Assembly: GCA_964016885.1 (NCBI GenBank)
Contig: OZ024748.1
Span: 34,472,001-34,536,000, forward strand
Source: Eledone cirrhosa
Lineage: Eukaryota
Reading direction: 5' to 3'
Length of the DNA stretch: 64,000 nucleotides
The notes under the pieces are model-generated. The model saw only the letters and a list, made by a program, of their open reading frames with translations, was not told the DNA's origin and made no database searches. Made by a program: the position numbers and the translations under genes. Shown here piece by piece: positions 40,875 to 56,049 of this stretch (position 1 is the stretch's first letter; the number at the start of each line of letters is the position of its first letter).

Positions 40875-40917
40875 ACGATGCTGACGATAGCTAATAAGCT
40901 TGAAACTAGTACATCGT
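40875..40917 (+). ncRNA. Very minimal hammerhead motif (family D, 43 nt)
   Basis: ACGATG-CTGACGA-TAGCT.AATA.AGCTT-GAAA-CTAG-TA^CATCGT. Perfect 6-bp stem I and palindromic CTAG. Confidence 0.8.
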
Positions 40918-41121
40918 TCCAGTGTCAGTGTTGACCAAAAAGGCGACGATGGTTGCCGAACACTGTACGGCGTAATTCGGGATGTTTGTTTACAAACAAA
41001 CCGAGCATTATAATAAATGTTCGGTAGAGCCATACGTACATATATATGTGTGCATGTATGTATATATATACATACTACTTTACGTCTGTATACATATATG
41101 TATGTACGTATACAAACTTAC

Positions 41122-41166
<45 letters not shown>

Positions 41167-41985
41167 TAACAGATTAAACTTTAAGCAAAGAATCGCTGCT
41201 TTTAATGCCCCGTAATTCAAACAGGCAGTATACTTTCGTAACAGCAACAAAAGGGAATTTGAATGGAGGCATAGGAAAGGAAAGGGTTCTTATATATTTG
41301 ATACATATTTATCCTTATCGAGCCCTCTTTGGATTTTAGTCTTCAAATTTATTATTATTACTATATATATAATACAAGTTGTATGTAAATAGAATCTGTG
41401 CGTTTATGATTAATGCAAGGTTTCTGTAGGTTTAATACAAGGGTGTGTTTTTAATACAAGCTGTGTATAAGTTTAATATAAGCAGCCTGTAGGTTTAATA
41501 CAACGAAGATGTTAAATAAATATATATTTACCAACAAGAAGCAATATATTTAGAAGACGATGATTACAAACTCTTCAATGTTGTCCTCTCGAGTAATTTA
41601 ATGCCCCGTAATTCAAACAAGCAATATACTTTCGTAACAGCAACAACAACATGAACAACAAGGGAATTTGAATGGATGCATAAGAAAGGAAAGGGAAGAT
41701 TATTGGATAATAGAAAAGGGGTTAATATTGACTTTCATCGGCTATAAAAAATAAACAAACAAACAAAAGAGACAGTCAATAATTACTTGAAGTTTTATGT
41801 CAATATACACTAAATCCATTTAGGGCCACCATTTAAATTTTATATATTCTACACCACTCTTGTGTCTTTCTCCCTCTCTCACTCTCTCTATGTATATATC
41901 TAGTTATTGATCCTCTCTCTTCCCATACATAGTCAAGCACACACAATTCACACACACACCACACACACACACACACAGACATATG

Positions 41986-42076
<91 letters not shown>

Positions 42077-42193
42077 ACACATAGAGTCAAAGATTCAAAC
42101 GAAATCTATAGGATCTTTTTGTACACCATTCACCCTTTTCTTAGCCACAAATACCCCGTTCTTTTAACTCTATTTCCAGCCCCTCCTGTCTTG

Positions 42194-42269
<76 letters not shown>

Positions 42270-42361
42270 GGAGGTGAGTTTTAATGTAGCACAATAAAGC
42301 AATGCAAATATCGGATAAGTAGCACTCCACAGTTTATAGGACTGGAGTATAAATAATATAT

Positions 42362-42532
42362 GATCAAAAGATGGTTAAAAGAGTTCCAAGTATTTTATTA
42401 TGCGTATTTCAATGCTTCATATCATGTCTCCTTATTTTATCTGATGAGAACGCAAATATCATCCCGTGATAATATTTGTTTTTGAAATGCGCATAATAAA
42501 ATACTTGGAACTCTTTTAACCATCTTTTGATC
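42362..42532 (+). mobile_element. 171-bp mini fold-back element in (TA)n
   Basis: 42362-42411 versus 42483-42532 inverted, 49/50. Confidence 0.82.
42433..42503 (+). ncRNA. Minimal hammerhead motif (family A-like)
   Basis: TATTTTAT-CTGATGA-GAACGCAAATAT...ATATTTGTTTTT-GAAA-T-GCGC-A-TA^ATAAAATA. Confidence 0.85.
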
Positions 42533-42848
42533 TTATATATATATATATAGAGAGAGAGAGATATTGTGATGATTATCTAATTAGCCTATGCAACCGGTTT
42601 CGAACTGAGTAGCGTGTGTGTTTATCCATTCGATCCTGGTCTTTTTCACCCTACTTGTCTATTTTTTTATTTCTGTTTCCTCACTCCACCATCACCATTT
42701 CTTACCTCATTCCCTCTCTCATTCTCTCCTGTTTTTTTATTCCAACAAGCTCCAAACATGACTGAAACGACTACAATAAAATCATTCATGGAATTTTAAT
42801 AACCATATCTGGTCGCTCGGTGTCATGCCCAAACTCTTTGATTTGTTC

Positions 42849-42970
42849 ACACGTTACCCATAATACCTATGAAATGACGTTAAATTATGTTTGCACGTTA
42901 CCCATAATACCTGTGAAATTACGTTAAATTATGTTTACACGTTACCATAATATGTGAAATGACGTTAAAT
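42849..42970. repeat. About 44-bp tandem repeat x3 (CACGTTACCCATAATACC.TGAAATGACGTTAAATTATGTT)
   Basis: Direct inspection. Confidence 0.85.
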
Positions 42971-43057
42971 AACGTATTTGCTTTAGGCTTGATCAAATCC
43001 ACGTCTATCTCCATTTACTACAAACCCTCTCTCTTTTATTCTTCATTTTAATTTCCG

Positions 43058-43144
<87 letters not shown>

Positions 43145-43552
43145 CAAATTTGTAAACATTAATATTTTCCGAACAAAATGGCCGCTACATGAATTATATA
43201 GTTGACGCCATTAATGCCATTGACACTGAAAGACTTTTCTGGCCAGTGTCACCCAACCTTACAGATTAAACTTTTAATCTAGCTATCAATATTAAACATC
43301 GATAAATATACGTCATAACATTTCAAATAAACCAGCTCAATCCTTTCCTTTTTATCCTTTATTTAAAATTTATTTTGTTGTATTATCTTTTTGGTTTGCA
43401 TTTTTTTTATGTTACGTTATATTTATTTATTATTTATTATAAATTCTTTTTCTTTTTCTTTATTTCTCTATTTCTTTCCCTTATATACATGTATCTCTCT
43501 CCACGTACACTCACACATATATGTATGTATGTATATACATGTGTGTGTGTGA

Positions 43553-43625
<73 letters not shown>

Positions 43626-43674
43626 TGTGTGTGTGTGTGAGAGAGAGAGAGAGGGAGAGAGAGAGAGAGAGAGT

Positions 43675-43745
<71 letters not shown>

Positions 43746-44294
43746 CGTCAACGCGTTTCTTACAAAAATGTGAAAACGTTTAGATATTTGCTTTAGAAAA
43801 TCATAGATCATATATAACCACTACAAATAACACTGCTTATGCTGCTACCACCACTACTACTATTACTACCACTAATATTAATACTATTATTGTCATTATT
43901 ATTATTTTACTATTTCATTTTATCTCGCTTGCTTTTATACTTGTTGTTTCTCATGCGAAAAGCGGAAATTGAATAGTTATGTTTGTCATAAATACTAGAA
44001 ACGTTTGTAAACCATACTTTACATTCCATCACCGAAGACGAAGAAGAGTGATGAGATTTATTTATATATTTATTTATATATGATTATCTATCTATTTCAT
44101 TTTTGTTTCTTTAAACATATAAACCTACGTCAGGCCGCCATGGCTAATATAGCGCCATAAAACATTTGGCTACAAAACTACAACACGTGTTTTTCAGCAT
44201 ATAAATCTTTCTAATTGATTGACTTGGACACGACCAATTCCTTTCTATCTTTTGGGAATGATTCTCTGTGAAAATAAAGGCGTATTTTTGTATA

Positions 44295-44383
<89 letters not shown>

Positions 44384-45240
44384 GCATACGTTATACAGAT
44401 CGTTTTATAATTTTTCAATATGGTTAAAATTGGCTGCGAAAGAAATTCAATCCAATTCAATGATTGTCCAGTTGCCATCTTTCGTGATCTTCTCTTCATG
44501 TCTTATTTGAAAATATTTACAAGAACGTTTAGAACATTTCCATTGAAGAAAACAGAAGAGGAAGGAGATACAAGAAGAAGAAAAGCGTTAGAGTAAAATG
44601 TGTTGCTATAGCAGACGACATATTGAAATAGTGAAGTAGGGGACATAATTTCCGGTTGTAAATTCTATGAAAAGTTTAAGACTCAAAGGTGGCCATTACT
44701 ATATTAATCAATCACATCGGATACGCGCACAGAGAGGGAGAGATAGAGAGGAGGAGGGGGAGTTAGAGAGAGCGAAAGAGAGAGCTACAGAGACAGACAA
44801 TATGCACCCCCCACACATTTACATATACATACACACATACATACATATCTATATATATATAGACATACACATATATATATATACATTTATATATATATAT
44901 AAATATATATCTATATATACATATATATACATTTATATATATATATATATACACACATATATATATACATTTATATATATACATATATATATATATACAT
45001 TTATATATATATACATATATATATAAGCATTTATATATATATATATATTTATACATATATATTTATACATATATATACATTTATATATATACATATATAT
45101 ATATATATACATTTATATATATACATACATATATATATATATACATTTACATATATGCATACATATATATATATACATTTATATATATATACATACATAT
45201 ATATATATACATACACACACACACATATATATATATACAT

Positions 45241-45275
<35 letters not shown>

Positions 45276-45476
45276 CACACGCACACACACACACGTTCAC
45301 CCTAACGTTCTCTTTATTTACGTGTCCCAACGACTTTTTTTAGCCGTTGTTCGCACCAACCTGAGGTATATGGCCCTTAAAGCGATGAAATGCCTGGGAC
45401 GGTTGGAGGGTCACTGATGAAGGACTCCCCCCCTTTTTTATATGTAACCCATTTGCAACGCCGCAGCTCCATTATT

Positions 45477-45522
<46 letters not shown>

Positions 45523-45958
45523 TTTATACATATATACATATATATACAATATGTACACATATGTTACCAAATATGAACATACAAAATCACATTAAGAGGA
45601 TTGTCGCAGTAAACATTATTTAGTCACATCCATGTATTCCTAGCATATAACACAGCTTTAGAAACAGTGGCTAATTAACCTCATCAGAAATATGTATTTA
45701 TTTATTTAGACATTTGCTTACACACAACAGACACCACACACTCTCTCACTCTTGCATGCACACACTTACACAGACGTATAAATATATTTCTATGTCTATG
45801 TATGTATATATATGCATGAACGTATGTAAATGTGAATGCGTTTACAGATAATTAGTACATATGTACATATTATCTGTATATGTGCATATGGATGTACACG
45901 TATTAGCTTACAAACACACGTACATATATATATATGTGTGTGTATGTATTTGCAATAT

Positions 45959-45990
<32 letters not shown>

Positions 45991-46008
45991 ACCACGCAGC
46001 ACGTTTAT

Positions 46009-46048
<40 letters not shown>

Positions 46049-46050
<2 letters not shown>

Positions 46051-46254
46051 CGAAGGAAATGTGGTAAGGAACCAGGTGGACCATAACGCACCAAAGTACT
46101 CAATACTTAGGGTAGTAGAGTGGGTAATAGGAACGAGTAGGACCCCGACGGCTGAGCTCAAGCCCTTTCGACGGCTAATTCTGGACATATAAAGCTGTGT
46201 TATATGCCGTCGAAACGGCTTGAGCTCAGCCGTCGGGGTCCTACTCGTTCCTAT
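46049..46254 (+). mobile_element. (TA)n-embedded element ending in a 49-bp hairpin
   Basis: 46127-46175 versus 46206-46254 inverted, 48/49. Related to 11669-11760 and 14455-14548. Confidence 0.75.
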
Positions 46255-46317
46255 ATAAATATATATATATATATATATATTCCTATATATATATATATTC
46301 CTATATATATATATATT

Positions 46318-46356
<39 letters not shown>

Positions 46357-46402
46357 ACATATGTATATATGTAGATTTAAACACATATAAAGTCTATGTA
46401 TG

Positions 46403-46458
<56 letters not shown>

Positions 46459-46465
46459 GAGAGAG

Positions 46466-46529
<64 letters not shown>

Positions 46530-48009
46530 GTCAGACAGACAGAAAATCAGATAGATAAGTGTGTATTTATGAGCATATATATGTATGCATGTATGTTTTC
46601 CCTTCTACAACGACAAATAGAGAAGTCGTTTCGTTGGTGCCTAGTTTTATTGAATTCATTGCTTTATATGTTTAATTACTTTCACAATATTGAAAAGCAA
46701 TTTCAATCTTGGAACGATTTGAACTCAGAAATCTGACACTCAACAAAATTATATTAAATAGCAGTCCTTTACCTTCTCCTTCATTCCACTCATATCAACC
46801 TAACTGATTTTATTAAATATATTACAAGTAATTGTTATAATGATGTTTGGAAATTATAAACGGCTGAAAAATCTATAGTATATTATTGGTACTTATTGTA
46901 TCATACACCGGGCTGTACATTACTTTCACCAGCTGGTTTGAAAGACCAAACCCACTCCGATGGGATTTGAATGAGGTTTGGCTTCTATTTCTAACAGATC
47001 TCGTGAACATATAAATACTTGCTTCCTCATGTTCTCGTCTTTATATGATGTTAACTGCATTAATGAGAATACGTTGTTACTCTCAATTTGATAGCAATCA
47101 TATTACTACCTGAGCGGCGGAAGCATTTCTGACTTGGGAGGAGAGACAAATTTGGACAATTTGGTTAAAGTGATTAGTTTAGCTGTTTGCACTCTAAAAT
47201 GGTCAGAAAACTTCGATATGCGATAAACATAACATGAACATAAATTGTAGCGCATATCCAAATAGATGTGTGTTTTGGTAGTTTGGGGAGAAAATATAAT
47301 TATTGGAGAGGGGCATGCCCCCCCCCCCCCCTAGTTCCACCGCTACTGTATATATATAATTTAAAAAAATTATGCTCTGTGCTCTTTCCTAATGGGTTAA
47401 GCTTCTCCGCATTTGGTAATAAATAGGTATTATACCCAATTTATTCATCTCCTATATATGTATATATATGATATACAGCACACTCTCCCAGCGCCCCTCA
47501 CTATATCAATTACCACCAAACTATCCTCCTCTCTATATCTACCATAAAACACTCTCATTTCCTCTCACTCTATCCATCACACCAAACTCTCCCCTCTCTA
47601 TATAGGGATCACTCTATTATTCGGGATATTTCTATCGATATTAAACTGTTCAAAAATAAAAACTAGTAAATTAATATTTAAAAAAAAGGGAAAAAGAGGA
47701 AAAATAAAGAAGCCTATCGTCAGATCGACCGAGGAAACAATGCTTCCATTGGTCTTTTCATTACAACGCCTGGCATAAAGATGTGGGATTGAACTCAGAA
47801 CTCATTATATTTTCTGGCCTTGTACCAAAACTATGAACTATTATTATTGTTGTTGTTGTTGTTGTTGTTGTCATATATAGAAAAAGGAAATTAACAGGAA
47901 TAAAAATGATATTGATTAGAAACTAGAAACAGTTGGATAAAACTCTAAAGATTATATTTTAGTGTGTCTGTGTATATATGTGATATTTGTATATATATGT
48001 GTGTGTATT

Positions 48010-48122
<113 letters not shown>

Positions 48123-48506
48123 TAGATAGATAGATATAGATATAGTGTGTGTGTGTGTATATATATATTATAGTTTGTATATTATGGTTTCAAATATTAA
48201 TTAAATTATTTTTCAGAAAAAAAGATTTTGCATTGCAACAACAGAATGAACAATAAAAAAAAATAGCAACAAGAAAAATAGATGGATAAATTCTAAAGTT
48301 TATATTATAATATGTATATTATAGTTTCAAGTATAAATTATAAATTTTGCCTGAAATAAAAAAAAAAGATTTTCTTATTAGCTTATTACTAGAAAGGAAT
48401 TTAATTGGGTGTTTTCTGTGTTTCTCTCATGACAATAATTTCACGTTCAATACGGTTGTAATACTAATATATACTTAGGAATTAATAACACTACACACAC
48501 ACACAT

Positions 48507-48565
<59 letters not shown>

Positions 48566-48902
48566 CACTAAAAAGTTCAACACAATAGGAAAATCGATTT
48601 TGTTCAACATTTATTCAACATATTACTAAGTTAACTTTTGTTGTTTTTTACCCTAGCTTTTACTCGGAAATTCCTAATTAAACTTACCACTTCTCAATTA
48701 AAACCATATATAAATGCCCCAGAATTATATATACACAGACATACACGAATTTATATATATCTATATATTGGAGTGGGTGTTTTAAATACCATTGTACTTA
48801 AAACCCTAACTAAATGAGCACTCAGTATCTGGATGTAGACTGTAAATGTTATCTTCTTGCAAGAAAAGAGTCAGTGACTTTTAAATTTCCTCTTGGTTGC
48901 TT

Positions 48903-49012
<110 letters not shown>

Positions 49013-49160
49013 CATAAAAATATTAATCATATTGTCTGCCAAATGCCCAGGTCAACAGGAATGCTCAAGATACCAACCGTTAGAACCTTAAGCCAGCTTA
49101 ACTAATTCAAAAATTTAAAACAACATTTTAGGAGCAGCCTAGACAAAATGTATCCAATAC

Positions 49161-49217
<57 letters not shown>

Positions 49218-49225
49218 GTATGTGT

Positions 49226-49259
<34 letters not shown>

Positions 49260-49337
49260 GTATGTATATATATATATATTCATTCAGACAGTTTTCTGTT
49301 ACAAATATGAGGCCATATAATATATAGTCTGCGATTT

Positions 49338-49391
<54 letters not shown>

Positions 49392-49732
49392 TATGTTTGT
49401 GTGTAGTTATATGTGTACATGTGACAAGGTCATGAGGAGGTTCGTACGTATGGGTATGAAGCGAAACAGGAAGTCTGAGATTTTTGACATTTATTGAAAC
49501 GGATCGGAAAAGAAATGGTTGGCAGCCGAGGAAGAATGGTGAGTAATTGACCAATGAATGGCGTTTAATGAGAGGTCGAGCACCACTTTGGTCAGTAGGA
49601 GACGATTTGATGGGGACAATTGAGTGGGATGGCCTCACTGAGGGTCGTAGTTTAATGAACCGTTACTAATTAACGCCGCCCTGCAACGGTATCACTAATT
49701 CAGATTTCTCTTTCACACACACAGACATTCCT

Positions 49733-49812
<80 letters not shown>

Positions 49813-49878
49813 TGATCATGTCTACCATGTGACTGTCCATCAAATAACTATATATGTTGCTGTCTATCAATATAACTT

Positions 49879-49910
<32 letters not shown>

Positions 49911-50106
49911 TTTTTTTAGGTTTGTTGGTTCACCACTGGATAGAATTGGTCATTCCGTATGGTCAATCTTGATGCAATATTATGGAGAGAACTCAATGTA
50001 GTGCAGTTCACCCGTCTTCATTTGTGTAGTTGGTGGTGCGAGTTCGGAGTTAATTATTATAAAATAACAGGAGGCTGGACTGGTGTAAATCCTTGAAAGG
50101 TTTATT

Positions 50107-50164
50107 ATACTATGATCATTTCAATGACCGGGTTCCGTATGAATCCGGTGATATCATCAGGTAT
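50107..50164 (-). ncRNA. Minimal hammerhead motif (family E)
   Basis: ATAC-CTGATGA-TATCACCGGATTC.ATACG.GAACCCGGTCATT-GAAA-T-GATC-A-TA^GTAT. Confidence 0.8.
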
Positions 50165-51399
50165 TCGAAATATAACAAAGGAACATAACAGATAAAATCC
50201 ATGGGGCTGAAAATCAAAGACAAGAGGACGACTGACCAACTAGCTGCTTTCACCTCGGTCAGTCGCCCTCAAGTGTTGCTACTCGGTCTACTAATGACCA
50301 TCTGGTGAGGGGGCGAAGGCTTATAATGTACTACCACCTCTCCGTCAAAGAGAAAAAAAGAAGAAAGAAAGAAAGAAGAAAAGTCAGCGTTATGGTGACA
50401 CTACTGTCAGGCTAGAAATCGCCGCGAAAAATGTTTTTCCAAAGAACCTATATCTTAACAGAGGCATATATAGTAGGCGTCTGTATGGTCTAATGTATGA
50501 ACAGAAATTTGGAACGTTAAACTTATGTTACGAGTTACAGGAGGAAATTAAAATTTAAAAATTAAAACATTTTAAAAAAAAAAAAAAAAATTTTAATTTA
50601 AGGTTTGGTTTGCGAGATTTAGTTAATGAATTTACAGAGAGAATCTTATATGAAAAAGTTTAAGTGTATTATAGGGAATCTCGATAAGTTATCAGGGTGG
50701 GATATAGAGTAAAGATTAAGCCTTCGTTTAGCAGTCGACGACTGTAGATCCCAGCCAGCACCGCCTAACCACGTATCAGCCAGTTTGGAGTGGTATCGTC
50801 TAGCGAAAGAAATGGAAATTAATTTTTCCGAGTACTCTAGGAACGTAACTGTCCTAGGCTCCGGGTGTGCTAGCGGGAAGTTCACCATCGTCGACAGGCC
50901 ATCGTCTATACCAAACGAATACTATTAATTCACACAGGAGGGGTTTGTTTACGTGCCAGTAGAGGGAGGCATGATACAGCTAATAGTTATGATTAAGCCT
51001 AGAATTTATAGGTATAATATGGCGGTCAAAACAGGCGGCGCGGCGAGCGCTGGGGCGATATCCCACCCTGATAACCTATCGAGATTCCCTATAATACACT
51101 TAAACTTTTTCATATAAGATTCTCTCTGTAAATTCATTAACTAAATCTCGCAACCCAAACCTTAAATTTTTTTTTTTTTTTTTAATGTTTTAATTTTTAA
51201 TTTTTAATTTCCTCCTGTAACTCGTAACATAAGTTTAACGTTCCAAATTTCTGTTCATACATTAGACCATACAGACGCCCACTATATATACCTCTGTTAA
51301 GATAAAGGTTCTTTGGAAAAACATTTTTCGCGGCGATTTCTAGCCTGACTGTAGTGTGACCCTAACGCTAACTTTTCTTTCTTTCTTTCTTTCTTTTTT

Positions 51400-51435
<36 letters not shown>

Positions 51436-51628
51436 TTTTCTCTTTGACGGAGAGGTGGTAGTACATTATAAACCTTCGCCCCCTCACCAGATGGTCATTA
51501 GTAGACCGAGTAGCCAACACTTGAGGGCGACTGACCGAGGTGAAAGCAGCTAGTTGGTCAGTCGTCCTCTTGTCTTTGATTTTCAGCCCCATGGATTTTA
51601 TCTGTTATGTTCCTTTGTTATATTTCGA

Positions 51629-51686
51629 ATATCTGATGATATCACCGGATTCATACGGAACCCGGTCATTGAAATGATCATAGTAT
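51629..51686 (+). ncRNA. Minimal hammerhead motif (family E)
   Basis: ATAT-CTGATGA-TATCACCGG...CCGGTCATT-GAAA-T-GATC-A-TA^GTAT. Confidence 0.8.
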
Positions 51687-51750
51687 AATAAACCTTTCAA
51701 GGATTTACACCAGTCCAGCCTCCTGTTATATTTATATATTTATAATATAT

Positions 51751-51839
<89 letters not shown>

Positions 51840-52018
51840 CGTCACTTTCTGTCTGACTGTCGATATATCTATCTACTTAGGTAGCATGCCATCTAGTTAG
51901 ACTGCTATGCTTGTGTCTCTATATTCTATTTATGTATTCTTTTTATCTATCTGAGCATCTCTATATATTTGTTTATTTATATTTCTCTCGTCTAAATGTT
52001 GTCTTCTACTATGAAACA

Positions 52019-52118
52019 TAATTGTTTCTACTTTAGGCACAAGGCCAGCAATTACCCAGTGCATTACTGGTACTTTATTTTATCGACCCCGTAAGGATGA
52101 AAGGCAAAGTCAACCTCG
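52019..52118 (-). mobile_element. SINE 3' half, same family as 33409
   Basis: Reverse-complement match. Confidence 0.85.
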
Positions 52119-52843
52119 ATGCCAAACAAGAACATAAATTTGCAATACAAGTTCTGGTACCAAAAGTTGCTATATAACAACCATCAGTCAAAGAGTTTGC
52201 CTTGCAATAAACATAGACAATACTTCTGTTATTGATTATGTACATATATATCAATACAAGAAATGTTGGTGGAAAATTCCTATAGAAACTTCCGCCAAGT
52301 AACAAGTCTGATATTCTTGTTTGGGAGAGAAAAAAAAATTATGTAGAGTCAGAGAGGTTAATTGCCCTGCCAATGTGAACATTTCTTCGAAATCAGAGAG
52401 AAAGAGAATATTAATAAGAAACTGCTTCAAAATTTATAAATTCTTTACTTAGGTTATAAATTTACAATTATAATTTGTATTTTGGTGTTATCCAAGTTTC
52501 GATATTGTCCCTTACACACTTCATTGTCTATATCAGTGATATTAATAGACACTAAGCGCTACAATATTGTTACACAGATGATACCAACCTTGTCTAAGTG
52601 ATATTCTCGCAAAACCAGAGACTTTTCAGACAAAGAAATCAGTTGGCATTAACTTTACAGTTACAATTTGTAATATACAAGAAGTTTCTAAAGTTTAACA
52701 TGTAACGCTTATAATTTTTGGATTTCCTTTTTTTTTAAATATACAATTTCCAGCGACGGCTTTTGTCTTGTCTCTTTGCTAGAAACCAGAAAAATTCAAA
52801 TAGTTAAAAACGATAACATAATACACTCACACACGCACGCACG

Positions 52844-52923
<80 letters not shown>

Positions 52924-53523
52924 CACACACACACACACACACACATGCGCGCACACACACATATAATTAAATACATTATAATCTACATTAGTGTGTATGC
53001 GTATATAGATGCCTAAGAGTATGTGTGTGTGTGTATGTCTAATTGTCTGTATGTCTGTAGTGTAGGTGACTTGATTCATGAGTGTTTGTGTGTGTGCATG
53101 TATGCGTGATGCACATGCATTTATGTGCGCGTATGTACACATTGAACAGATCAATAACCTCTATTATGTTATCAATTTAGAAATGAAGTAATTCTAAAAA
53201 TTATTGATTCCCAAATCAAGCACTCGACTGTAAGTTCTATAGAAGCGAAAAATATGATTTTGTGATGTTCATGTGTTATCAATGTCGATTAATGGCAACC
53301 TCATATGAAGGTAATCATCAGAGAAAGAAGCTGATCTGAAGAGGAGGTATCAGTCTAATCTTGGTGTGTGACTTACGTTTGTGGCATAGATTCGTGGATG
53401 GAGTGGTACGGTGTGTCCTTCAGCACTCAGCTGGCAAAAATTAGTTGCTACGACATAGGTGACAAGCTGTATCGGTGTTTGCCTTACCCATATTATATAT
53501 AGTGTATATACAGTATGTATGTG

Positions 53524-53561
<38 letters not shown>

Positions 53562-53774
53562 TCCTATCCACCGCCCACATATTAATAATAATAATATTAG
53601 TAACTCCACAGTAATATTAAAGGGTTGCCTATTAAATAGAATGTGATGAAATAATTGACACATTGGCTTCTAATTAATTTTTATAACACTCCGTCGTGTA
53701 AACACTTTTGTGATAATATATCAGTGGAACTACACCATTGTTTTAGAAACGATATATATTTTCTGTATTCTATA

Positions 53775-53884
<110 letters not shown>

Positions 53885-54309
53885 TATATACACACATATA
53901 TACACACACATATGTATATATATTATATATTATCTATGTTTATATATATACACAAAATGCAGATAGAGCGTTCCTAAATTTGTAACACCAAAATTTTAAT
54001 ATGAATTTTGTGAATTCAAATAGTGTCCAGTAATATCTACACATGCGTGCACACACAAAAAATACAGACACACACACACCCATACATACATACATACATA
54101 CAATCATACATACATACATACATACATACATACATACATACATACACACACATACACTCATACATACACACATACACACACATTCATACATACGTACATG
54201 CTAAATGTTAAATACTAACAAAAAATGTGGTAAAAAAAACTAACATTGTGGTATTGATATTAATACTGTGTAAATATGAGCTCTCATACACACACTTAGA
54301 GGAATATAC

Positions 54310-55070
<761 letters not shown>

Positions 55071-55276
55071 ATGGATGTTTTCCCCGAGATAAGAGAAACT
55101 TACTCAACTTTCTCCAATTACTCTCAACATTGACCTTTCGCTACGAACATTTTTTTGTGAATTAACAGGTTGAAGGGAATACATGTTAACCTTTGCTACA
55201 CCTTATATCACATATGTCGACCAGCTTTTCTCCTTCTCCTTCTTTCTTTCATAATACTCTACACATCATACACACA

Positions 55277-55352
<76 letters not shown>

Positions 55353-55855
55353 CAAGAGGGAGAATGATGTGCATAGAGTATGAGATGCATACACATATCA
55401 TATACATATTTTTCTCGTTGTAATAAATATCCTTTTTCATTTTTATGTAGAATATGGTTATATTTTCAACTTAAAACATATTTATTATGGTAATTTCTAC
55501 CATAATTTATTTGTTTACTGTGTCGTGTGTCTTTACAGAAAAGCACCAAGTCAAACAAGAAGCTTTATAGGAAAATCAAGATCTATTGACACATACACCA
55601 AATAAAATTCTCTGAAAGGTATCTGTTAAAGCAATAGTGAGGAATTGGAAATACGTAATGTCTTCCCTTAAACATTGGAGGGCAATCTATTCCAGATGAA
55701 ATATTGTGTACAGTAGCTGCGGGATTAAAGAGTTAAACTATATGGCTTCTTGTTCAGTCCTCCTCTATGGTACAATTGGACAAGTGCCTCCTCAAGTTGA
55801 CCAATGCCTTGTCAGCGAAATATGGTAGACAGAGACTTCTGACACCTGTAGTGTG

Positions 55856-55899
<44 letters not shown>

Positions 55900-56049
55900 C
55901 ATATATGTATGCTTGTATGTATGGTGGTGTCGTAGGGGCGCCTTCATGCCACTCGGCGTATCTTGAGTATTTTAAGAGAGAGAGAAAGGTGGAGGGAGGG
56001 AGAGCGAGAGAGAGAGAATGGGGTAGTAACAGACATACATTGGCAAAAT

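Larger units (their letters stand above)
40381..41124. mobile_element. Interleaved fold-back element (A-B-A'-x-B') in (TA)n, with hammerheads in B and B'
   Basis: A 40382-40438 versus 40695-40752 inverted. B 40438-40696 versus 40873-41124 inverted. Confidence 0.8.
50059..51735. mobile_element. Fold-back element: about 650-bp inverted arms, about 350-bp spacer, outward-facing hammerheads
   Basis: 50059-50705 versus 51058-51735, highly similar inverted repeat. Right end abuts (TA)n(TG)n. Confidence 0.9.

Noticed and set aside
45410-45440. Hammerhead at CTGATGA 45414
   Set aside because: No downstream GAAA or stem I partner.
53275-53326. Minus-strand hammerhead near 53315
   Set aside because: A stem II-like hairpin is present but the GAAA core and stem I are missing. 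At most a remnant.
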